A DNA stretch of 64,000 bases from Clostridia bacterium (GTDB lineage: Bacteria > Bacillota > Clostridia > Oscillospirales > CAG-382): the NCBI GenBank assembly GCA_017620655.1, contig JAGAUT010000087.1, positions 2,384 to 66,383 on the forward strand, in the 5' to 3' direction. Position 1 is the first letter of the stretch; every line of letters starts with the position of its first letter. Positions 56,436-64,000 of the stretch are shown here, piece after piece. The notes beneath the pieces were generated by a model. That model was not told where the DNA came from. It saw nothing but the letters and a program-made list of their open reading frames with translations, and searched no databases. Position numbers and translations under genes: made by a program.

Positions 56436-57596
56436 TTAGCATTCTGTTTTTCCATAAGCCTTGCTTATTATCTGTTCTTTTATTGGGTTACCGTTTATAA
56501 TATCCTCTTCGGTGAATTTACAAAGAATTATTTCCTTTGCCCCTGTTCTATCGTGGTCATACACAAGATAAACCGTATCATTATAAGCATCAGCATCGGG
56601 GTAGGTTGTATGGTCGCCGAAATTGATGCAGTTTTTATACTTCCAGGTAACACCGTCATCCTCGGAAAGGTAGGCCGTCATCACTTCTCTTTGCAAGTTG
56701 TGGTCATTATTTATAAGCAATACCCTTCCTGATGGAAGTTTTGCAACATAGAAACGTGAATTTGGATTTGGAATATCGGTCGCTTTTCCGTCGCCAAAGC
56801 TTTTTCCGCCATCCTTTGAAACAGACTCGGCTATATATCCTTTTTCGGTGCGTGCCAGCATTACAATTGTCTCATCTTTCCTTTGATACGCCATTGTTTC
56901 ATCATAGGTATTTCCGATTTTTTTACCGCCGAGATGTTTTTCAAACGTCTGTCCCTTATCATAAGAAAGTGAATAGGCGTACCTGTCATAAATCTGGGCA
57001 TAATTACAGTAGAGATATGCACCGTTTTTGAGCACAGTCGGTTTACAACGAAGGAAACCGTCAAACAGATATCTCGGATTTGAAAACACAAGTTTATCGG
57101 CATCGGGATTCTCGCAAGTTATCTCCCATTCGGCATGGGTATAGTCACCAAAGGAATAACCGTCTACATACACGGTATCCCCCTCCCAGATTTTCTTGCC
57201 GAAATCCTCAGGAGAATTATGTATCTCAGCCTTATCCACATTATTCTGCACCCAGAATATATGAAGAACGCCCTCAGGGTCAACCCAGAGCTGAATGTCA
57301 AGAGCATGAATCTGAAGTTCTTTTGAGCTTGGAATTACAACGCACATCTGAGACCATGTTTTTCCGTTATCATCGCTAAAGTGTACAAGGTTATAGTTAT
57401 CCATATGCGGTTCATTAAAACCGCCTGCATACCATGCGACAAAGATACGTCCGTTTTTTGTCATTGCTATCGAAGGACAGCCCTGATATTCACGGCGTTT
57501 CTCATCATAATCTTCGGGGTTCGGGTCAACTATAACAGGGCATGAAACCTTATTTGCATTATCCATAAAAACACTTCTTTCGCTTATATACGTCAT
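56436..57596 (-). CDS. cytoplasmic BNR/Asp-box sialidase-like propeller protein (third, divergent family member)
   Basis: Asp-boxes SDDNGKTW, SYDKGQTF, SKDGGKSF and SEDDGVTW. No signal peptide. Confidence 0.7.
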   Translation of the reverse strand: MTYISERSVFMDNANKVSCPVIVDPNPEDYDEKRREYQGCPSIAMTKNGRIFVAWYAGGFNEPHMDNYNLVHFSDDNGKTWSQMCVVIPSSKELQIHALDIQLWVDPEGVLHIFWVQNNVDKAEIHNSPEDFGKKIWEGDTVYVDGYSFGDYTHAEWEITCENPDADKLVFSNPRYLFDGFLRCKPTVLKNGAYLYCNYAQIYDRYAYSLSYDKGQTFEKHLGGKKIGNTYDETMAYQRKDETIVMLARTEKGYIAESVSKDGGKSFGDGKATDIPNPNSRFYVAKLPSGRVLLINNDHNLQREVMTAYLSEDDGVTWKYKNCINFGDHTTYPDADAYNDTVYLVYDHDRTGAKEIILCKFTEEDIINGNPIKEQIISKAYGKTEC

Positions 57597-57603
57597 AAAA
57601 CTT

Positions 57604-57630
57604 CTCCCGCAGAAACCTGCGGGAGTTTTC
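57604..57630. terminator. hairpin (copy B2), identical to B1 at 26 of 27 nt
   Basis: CTCCCGCAG-AAACC-CTGCGGGAG followed by TTTTC. On the minus strand its 3' arm supplies the GGGAG Shine-Dalgarno 7-8 nt before the BNR ATG at 57596. Confidence 0.7.
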
Positions 57631-57640
57631 TTATAATTTT

Positions 57641-59344
57641 TTACGCTTCAGGAAGCATTGTTTCAAGTATTGCCTTCTGCTCATCGGTAAGATATTCATA
57701 GCTTTCGCTGTCTTTTACTGCCTGTGCCGACATATTAATACTTGAACTCGTGGTGTCGCCGTAAAGAATTACCGTTTCACCTTCACTTACAAACTTAACG
57801 TATGCTCTCGCAACAAGCTCGGTAGCATAGTTTGCCTTGGGGATGTTAAAGACAACACCCGTAAATGTGATTGTATCATCATCCTTGGAAAGGTAAATAT
57901 CCGTTTCAGAGTCGTATGCAACACCGATTACTTTTCTTCCTTTAAAATCAAAAGTAAGTTCTTGGCTTCCAAGCTCATCCTTTCTCGCCACGATAAAGCC
58001 GTATTCAAAGCAATAATCACGTTTAAAGGCTTCGATGGATGCTCTGAAGCGAAGACCGGAATCGCTCAGTCTTACGCTCTTTGTATCAGTAACATCCATT
58101 GCTCCATAAGACTTTGCTACGGTTCTGAGGCAAGGAATGTCATCTGCTTCTGACATATACCACATGTTATTAAAGTCAAATCCCAATGTAGCAGAATAAA
58201 ACTCTTGTGTTTTGAAGTTTTCAGAAGCCGTGGCAGTTGCAAGTGTATTGACAATAACTTTACCTACACTGCCGTTCACTGTCTGGGAAGAATTTCTGTA
58301 AATCTCGGTTTTAGTCACTGTTCCCGAGCCGTCAACCTTGGCAATAAAGCCGCCGACATATACATTTTTAGGTGCTTCACCGTATGCATTTCCGAATGCA
58401 GCACAATTTTCAAAATGATATGTTGTTACAGCCGCAAGCTCGGATTCCTCATCTTCACTTGCCCAGCCTGACCAGCCTGTTTCATCCTTGTTGACATATG
58501 CCGCAAAGCCCGCAACGGTGGATGAAATAGTATTTGATATGAGCTTGACATCACCAAAGCTTACACAATTCTTAAATGTAAAATCTTTTGACGAGCCTGC
58601 CTTTGCATATGCAACCAATCCGCCAACATAGCTGTCGCTTACAGCCTGTGCATCAAATGACATATAGCTTACGCAGTTTGTTACCTGCAGATTTCCGCTT
58701 TCTGCTTTGACCTGTCCGACAATACCGCCGGCATATACCGTATTACTGTCTTTTAAAACAATATCGCCATCGGTAGAACAGCCCTCAATTGTGACTGTTT
58801 TGGAAGAAGCAGGCATAACATTACCCACGATACCGCCAAAAAACTTGAGGTCGGAATAATTTCCTATCGTTTCCATATCCTTATAGGATACAGAAAGATT
58901 CTTGACAGTACCGTCTGTCATATAACCGATTATACCGCTGTTTTCAACATTGTTGATTGAAACATTGTAAATAGAGTATCCGTTACCGTCAAAAGTTCCA
59001 GTAAAGGGGTATGAAGATGTTCCGAAAGGAACAAGGACCGCATCGGCAAAATCCACATTTGCGGTAAGCTTATAGTATTTTGAGCCATAAGAAGCATTGT
59101 CGTTTTTGATGAGTGCCGAAAAGTTATTAAACTCAACAGTACAGGAAATCAAATAAGGTGATTCCTCTGTTCCGTCACCCATTAATCGAACAAGTTCTTC
59201 CGTCTCATCAGCATAGGGAGTTTCCTCTGCCGTATCAAAAACAGTCACCACACTCGGCGAAGCAAGCGCTGTAAGAGACATTACTGTTAATACAAATATC
59301 GCAATCAGAATTTTTGTGATACTTTTCATTGTTTTCTTCCTCAT
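57641..59344 (-). CDS. secreted GLUG-motif / beta-helix repeat surface protein
   Basis: Signal peptide (LTALASP), FTGTFDGNGYSIYNVSI and repeated GGIVG/GGLVA/GGFIA (GLUG-type) motifs. Confidence 0.6.
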   Translation of the reverse strand: MRKKTMKSITKILIAIFVLTVMSLTALASPSVVTVFDTAEETPYADETEELVRLMGDGTEESPYLISCTVEFNNFSALIKNDNASYGSKYYKLTANVDFADAVLVPFGTSSYPFTGTFDGNGYSIYNVSINNVENSGIIGYMTDGTVKNLSVSYKDMETIGNYSDLKFFGGIVGNVMPASSKTVTIEGCSTDGDIVLKDSNTVYAGGIVGQVKAESGNLQVTNCVSYMSFDAQAVSDSYVGGLVAYAKAGSSKDFTFKNCVSFGDVKLISNTISSTVAGFAAYVNKDETGWSGWASEDEESELAAVTTYHFENCAAFGNAYGEAPKNVYVGGFIAKVDGSGTVTKTEIYRNSSQTVNGSVGKVIVNTLATATASENFKTQEFYSATLGFDFNNMWYMSEADDIPCLRTVAKSYGAMDVTDTKSVRLSDSGLRFRASIEAFKRDYCFEYGFIVARKDELGSQELTFDFKGRKVIGVAYDSETDIYLSKDDDTITFTGVVFNIPKANYATELVARAYVKFVSEGETVILYGDTTSSSINMSAQAVKDSESYEYLTDEQKAILETMLPEA

Positions 59345-59353
59345 TAATAAAAT

Positions 59354-61015
59354 TTAGAGAACCTCAATCATGCTTTCGTCCCAGATTTCGGGTGCTTCAT
59401 AGCCCATGAGGTTAACGAGGGTTGCCGCAATATTAGAAAGACCGTATGTGTCCTTTTCGATTACCTTATAATTATCTGCAAACTTATTATCATAGATAAT
59501 GCAGGGAACGGGATTTAAGGTATGGCTTGTTTTGGACTTCATATTACCTTCCTTATCAAGCTTAGGTTCGCCTGTCTTCTTATCGATTTCGCACATTTCA
59601 TCTGCATTACCGTGGTCTGCTGTGATAAGTGCAACACCGCCAAGCTTATCAACAACTTCTAAGATTCTTGCAAGCTGAAGGTCGAGTGCTTCAACAGAAA
59701 CAACAGTCGCAAGGTAGTTACCTGTATGACCTACCATATCGCCGTTGGGGAAGTTTACACGCATAAATCTGTACTTACCTTCATTTGCCACTTCAATAAG
59801 TCTGTCTGTAATTTCAGCACACTTCATCCAAGGTCTCTGTTCAAAGGGAATTACGTCAGACTTGATTTCCTCATAAGTTTCTGTTTCTTCGTCAAACTTA
59901 CCGCTCTTATTTCCGTTCCAGAAGTATGTTACATGACCAAACTTCTGTGTTTCACTGAGGGCATACTGTGTAACGCCTGTATTTGCAAGATATTCGCCCA
60001 TTGTGCCCTTGATTTCAGGAGGAGATACAAGATATCTTGAAGGGATATGAAGGTCGCCGTCATATTCGAGCATACCTGCATAAGTTACTGCAGGAACTCT
60101 TACTCTGTCAAACTTATCAAAGTCCTTATCATCAAATGCCTTGGAGATTTCGATAGCTCTGTCGCCTCTGAAATTATAGAAAACAACGCTGTCGCCGTCT
60201 TCAATTGTTCCGACGGATGTGCCGTTTTCAGCAATAACGAAGGGAGGAAGGTCCTGGTCAATACAGCCGAGTTCGCTTCTATAAGTTTCAACAGCTTCCT
60301 TTGCTGAAGCAAACTGTCTGCCTTCACCGAGTACGTGTGTCTTCCAGCCGCGTTCTACCATGGACCAGTCAGCTTCGTATCTGTCCATTGTGATATTCAT
60401 TCTGCCGCCGCCGGATGCAATCTTAGCTTCGAAGCCGTCACCGTTAAGAGATGCGAGGAATTCTTCAAAGGGATTTATATATTCAAGTGCAGATGTTTCA
60501 CCAACATCTCTGCCGTCGATGAGGATATGAACTCTTACATTCTTGATGCCTTCAACCTTAGCCTGTGCGAGCATTGCCTTGAGGTGGTCAATATGAGAGT
60601 GAACATTACCGTCGGAGAAAAGGCCGATAAAGTGAAGTGTCTTACCTGTGTCCTTGACAGATGCGATTTCCTTCCAGGAATCGGAATTGAACATAAGACC
60701 CGATTCAATGGAGTTTGAAACAAGCTTTGCGCCCTGTGCGAAAACCTGACCTGCACCGATTGCGTTATGACCTACTTCACTGTTTCCCATGTCGTCATCG
60801 GAAGGAAGACCTACTGCCGTTCCGTGTGCCTTGAGCTTGAGGCAGGGGTACTTTGACATAAGCATGTCAAGGGTAGGAGTTCTTGAATTCTTGATTGCAT
60901 TGGAAATGTTATCCTTGCCAAGACCTATACCGTCCATTACGATACAGAATACAGGTCTCTGCTTTGCTTCTGCATCACCGTTTTTAAATGTAAGTGACTT
61001 GAGTACTTCTTTCAT
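59354..61015 (-). CDS. gpmI: 2,3-bisphosphoglycerate-independent phosphoglycerate mutase
   Basis: MDGIGLG, GNSEVGHNAIGAG, SDGNVHSH, GDMVGHTG and TADHGNA motifs. Confidence 0.9.
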   Translation of the reverse strand: MKEVLKSLTFKNGDAEAKQRPVFCIVMDGIGLGKDNISNAIKNSRTPTLDMLMSKYPCLKLKAHGTAVGLPSDDDMGNSEVGHNAIGAGQVFAQGAKLVSNSIESGLMFNSDSWKEIASVKDTGKTLHFIGLFSDGNVHSHIDHLKAMLAQAKVEGIKNVRVHILIDGRDVGETSALEYINPFEEFLASLNGDGFEAKIASGGGRMNITMDRYEADWSMVERGWKTHVLGEGRQFASAKEAVETYRSELGCIDQDLPPFVIAENGTSVGTIEDGDSVVFYNFRGDRAIEISKAFDDKDFDKFDRVRVPAVTYAGMLEYDGDLHIPSRYLVSPPEIKGTMGEYLANTGVTQYALSETQKFGHVTYFWNGNKSGKFDEETETYEEIKSDVIPFEQRPWMKCAEITDRLIEVANEGKYRFMRVNFPNGDMVGHTGNYLATVVSVEALDLQLARILEVVDKLGGVALITADHGNADEMCEIDKKTGEPKLDKEGNMKSKTSHTLNPVPCIIYDNKFADNYKVIEKDTYGLSNIAATLVNLMGYEAPEIWDESMIEVL

Positions 61016-61060
61016 TTTTCTAACCTCTCTTGATATATATAATTTTTTTGAAAAACATTT

Positions 61061-62083
61061 TTAACGTCTGTGATTTGCAATTCTCAGCACAGATTCATAG
61101 CCTTCTTTGGTCATAATCTTCTGAATACCGTCAATTACACAGTCCAAAGGACGCTTTGCCATGTAGACATTGACCTTGGTCTTTTCGCTTATAAGCTGAG
61201 GAAGTCCCGGCAAAAGTGCACCGCCGCCTGAAATTGTAATGCCGCCGGTATGTATATCGGCACAAAGCTCGGGAGGTGTGATTTCAAGTGTTGCCCTTAT
61301 TACATCCACAAGCTGATTTATGACGGGTGTTATAGCAACTCTTACCTCGGAGGAATAAATGTTGAAGACAGACGGAAGACCCGTGATAAGATTTCGTCCT
61401 CTTACCTCAAGCATGCCGAAATCCGCATTCTTATGGGCAGAGCCGATTTCCTTCTTTATTTCCTCTGCCGTCACTTCGCCGATTACAACATTGAACTTCT
61501 TGCGGATATATTCGACGATAGCTTCATTGAGCTCATCCCCCGCAACTCTCAGAGACTTTGACACAGCAAGTCCTCCTGCAGTCACAACTGCAACCTCCGT
61601 CGTGCCGCCGCCGATGTCAACAATCATGTTGCCGACAGGTGTCTTGAATGGAAGCCCTGCACCTATTGCCGCTGCCACAGGCTCTTCGACAATCGCCACA
61701 GCCCCGACGCCAACCTCAAAGAGTGCGTTTTCAAGTGCACTGTACTCAATCTCCGTTACACCGTAGGGAATGCAGACTACAACCTTAGGTCTTGCGAAAA
61801 GATTCTTTGACATTGCCTTTCTCACAAAATGGGAAAGCATTGCAAGAGTCAGTTCAAAATCCGAGATTACGCCGTCACGGAGCGGTCTTACAACAGAGAT
61901 ATTCGCCGCTGTTTTTCCTACAAGATTTTTTGCATCCTGCCCTATTGCTATTATTTCTTCTGTTTTAATATCATATGCCACATAGGAAGGCTCTCTTATT
62001 ATGACTCCCTTTTCAGGGGTGCATACAAGGGTATTTGCCGTACCCAAATCTATTCCTATGTAGCCGCCGGAAATAGCTGCCAT
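61061..62083 (-). CDS. MreB-family actin homolog (second paralog, Mbl/MreBH-like)
   Basis: IGIDLGTANT, VDIGGGTTEV and GGITISGGGALL motifs. It is clearly diverged from the copy at 26855..27877. Confidence 0.85.
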   Translation of the reverse strand: MAAISGGYIGIDLGTANTLVCTPEKGVIIREPSYVAYDIKTEEIIAIGQDAKNLVGKTAANISVVRPLRDGVISDFELTLAMLSHFVRKAMSKNLFARPKVVVCIPYGVTEIEYSALENALFEVGVGAVAIVEEPVAAAIGAGLPFKTPVGNMIVDIGGGTTEVAVVTAGGLAVSKSLRVAGDELNEAIVEYIRKKFNVVIGEVTAEEIKKEIGSAHKNADFGMLEVRGRNLITGLPSVFNIYSSEVRVAITPVINQLVDVIRATLEITPPELCADIHTGGITISGGGALLPGLPQLISEKTKVNVYMAKRPLDCVIDGIQKIMTKEGYESVLRIANHRR

Positions 62084-62101
62084 ATGGCTGTTTTCCTCCT
62101 A

Positions 62102-64000
62102 CTAAATGTTATCCCTGTCGTTTGCAAGGCTCTTTACAGTTTCCTTGCACTTTTGACCTGTAAGGCTCATGGGGGTAAGTGTAGTTGTCACTTTTGACTG
62201 TCCGTCAAGCATGCTCTTTATGAGAAGCTCATCGTGCATACTCATATTCTTATCCGCATCCACCAAGGCATACGGACCGTTTTCTCTGCCTGAGAATATT
62301 GTATTTGCAATAGAATTCTTGCCCTCACACGGCATGACAAGGGGATTTCTCATTACGATTGATGACATAAGGCTGCAGAGAATACTGTCTTCTCTGTCAA
62401 GCTTTGCATTTGACATATTTACGGGTATTCTTCCGTCTGAAAGCATTTCACAGAAGCTGTTGAAAATTGCTGCATTCTTACCCGAACGTCTGATTATTCT
62501 TGAGTCCTTGACATTGAGGCTTGTGAGAATATATGTCTTTTCTGTCTTTCTGTCGGCAATGCAAAGATATGCTTCGGGTATGGGTTCGTCCTTACCGATG
62601 CCGGCATATCCGAAATCCCATCCGATTCTTGCTTCCTTATCTGCACCGAAGCAGGCACTGACAACAAGGCTGTCATACTGCTTCATATAAAGTCTGTCGG
62701 GAGTGCAGACCGCAACCCTGCCCTCGAGTCTTGCCTGTGCAAGTACCTTATTCTTCTTCGAAAGGAGGTGGAGAAGTCTTTCGAGATTTGTACACTGTTC
62801 CTTTGTAAAGGCCGTCAGTGCCACGCGCTTTGTTCCGTCCTGAAGAAGCGAGGACGCCTTCACCATGGAATGCTCGGCTTCCGTCATATTGGTTCTGGTA
62901 GTTGTTCTGTCATATGTTCCTGTCATGCGGACAACCTCAACATTTGAGGTGTTATCCGAATTGATACACGACACCTTTTCACCGAATGAACCGGAATTCA
63001 GCCATGTAAAGAGAGAAATATCCCTGTTCTCGACAATTGAAGAAACGTTATATACAGGCACCTTTTTGCTCATTTTTGCACACAGCTCGCTTCTGCCTGT
63101 TCTTGACATATTCACAAGCATGCTTCTCTTACCGAAGCAAAGTGCAGGAAGCATTGTGTAGCCGTTATTCTTATTATCCACCGCAATTACAGTATCAAAT
63201 TCAGCATCAAGAGGAAGCACCTCAGACAGAATATTCTTTGTTACAACAATTACGGGAAGTGCCGTCTTAACAAGCGAGGCGTTATTTGTATAATAGTCGA
63301 TGAATGAAGTCTTTTCATACATACCCGGATTCACCGCAGGCATCTCTGATGCTATCTTCTTTACCGAGTTCATATACGCACCGAGCACATTTTTACCGGA
63401 AATCTCGCCTGCAGAGGTGATGAGTTCAATGTACTTATCCTTTGCCCTTGCAAGCTTTTCCTCGGAAAAGCCCTTCATGCTTTCCTCTCTTACGCTTTCG
63501 GCGATGGGAAGAAGCAGGCTTCTTGCGAAAATCCTGTCAACGTTTGAGCATGCACCGTGTTCATCGATATACTTCACAAAATGTGGAAGTATTTCGTTTG
63601 CCAATGATGATTTTTCTTTCCAGTCCGCCCAGACGTCGGCTATTTCAATGTTATCCTCAATACCCTGAAGATATTTACCGAGACCGTCAAAGCTGAGTGC
63701 GCCCGATTCAAACACAACATCGTCAAAGCTGAGTCCCATAACGCCCGACACAACGTTGAGATGGCTGTATTCGCCCGAGTAAAGCTCGGCAAATCTTGCC
63801 CTTGCGACGGTAATACGTCTTGCAAGAGAAGCATCTATGGGAATTACGGATATAAGTCTGAAGACATTTGATAAAAGTCTTGCGTTATTTGCTTTATTGG
63901 AATTGATTGCATCCACAAGGTATGACGCCTTTTCGGAAATCTTTGCAAGCTTAGATGTTTCCTCGTCGTCAGGAGTGCCGTTTGTACTTTCATTGAGTCT
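62102..64000 (-). CDS. large SF1 (Upf1/DNA2-like) helicase-related protein with degenerate motifs, C-terminal ~630 aa; N-terminus beyond window end
   Basis: The frame stays open upstream of the track's GTG (63916) to position 64000. Motif-like remnants are DTVIAVDN (motif II position), ALTAFTKEQ (xTPYxxQ-like) and VAVCTPDRLYMKQYDSLVVS (motif V/VI-like). No Walker A in the visible part. Confidence 0.5.
   Translation of the reverse strand, partial: RLNESTNGTPDDEETSKLAKISEKASYLVDAINSNKANNARLLSNVFRLISVIPIDASLARRITVARARFAELYSGEYSHLNVVSGVMGLSFDDVVFESGALSFDGLGKYLQGIEDNIEIADVWADWKEKSSLANEILPHFVKYIDEHGACSNVDRIFARSLLLPIAESVREESMKGFSEEKLARAKDKYIELITSAGEISGKNVLGAYMNSVKKIASEMPAVNPGMYEKTSFIDYYTNNASLVKTALPVIVVTKNILSEVLPLDAEFDTVIAVDNKNNGYTMLPALCFGKRSMLVNMSRTGRSELCAKMSKKVPVYNVSSIVENRDISLFTWLNSGSFGEKVSCINSDNTSNVEVVRMTGTYDRTTTRTNMTEAEHSMVKASSLLQDGTKRVALTAFTKEQCTNLERLLHLLSKKNKVLAQARLEGRVAVCTPDRLYMKQYDSLVVSACFGADKEARIGWDFGYAGIGKDEPIPEAYLCIADRKTEKTYILTSLNVKDSRIIRRSGKNAAIFNSFCEMLSDGRIPVNMSNAKLDREDSILCSLMSSIVMRNPLVMPCEGKNSIANTIFSGRENGPYALVDADKNMSMHDELLIKSMLDGQSKVTTTLTPMSLTGQKCKETVKSLANDRDNI

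Noticed and set aside
1-64000. Search for CRISPR arrays, integrases, transposases, phage modules, toxin-antitoxin pairs or known defence-system signatures.
   Set aside because: By eye I found no regularly spaced direct repeats, no tyrosine or serine recombinase or DDE motifs, and no restriction-modification, Cas, RT or nuclease-NTPase pairings in any listed ORF. The window appears to be core chromosome with glycan-utilisation inserts.

Overview
This 64-kb chromosomal window looks Firmicutes/Clostridia-like. That placement is an inference from gene content, strong AGGAGG-type ribosome-binding sites, consensus TTGACA-17-TATAAT promoters and lipoprotein lipoboxes. About 58 protein genes and 2 tRNAs are densely packed, and most are housekeeping. 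They include a polar amino-acid ABC transporter, an aconitase-icd pair, and a 7-gene aromatic amino-acid operon (tyrA-aroB-aroA-aroC-pheA-aroE/aroK fusion-aroQ). There are also two mreB paralogs, murI, an S41 peptidase, gyrA, mltG, a U32 peptidase, gpmI, a NUDIX hydrolase, a radical-SAM activase and a family-4 UDG. Interspersed is a host/plant-glycan foraging set: an alpha-galactosidase-like gene, a clan GH-A hydrolase, nahK, GH95, three BNR/sialidase-like genes, a NanA-like lyase, two AraC regulators and a Gfo/Idh/MocA plus TIM-barrel pair. I found no integrase, transposase, CRISPR array, phage block or recognisable defence system, so I cannot point to a clear-cut new multi-gene system. The signals most worth follow-up are listed here. 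(1) A Tyr/Phe-rich 28-codon leader ORF with terminator and antiterminator lies upstream of the aromatic operon. (2) An unassigned, highly structured leader (22-bp closing helix, multi-helix core, intrinsic terminator) lies upstream of a SLOG/DUF1273-like gene. (3) Two BNR/sialidase-like gene modules are each bracketed by near-identical directly repeated terminator hairpins. (4) An in-frame TAA splits an otherwise full-length aconitase. (5) An ABC ATPase gene has no canonical start codon and probably starts at ATT. All functional calls come from motif-level reading of the translations; no database search was possible.
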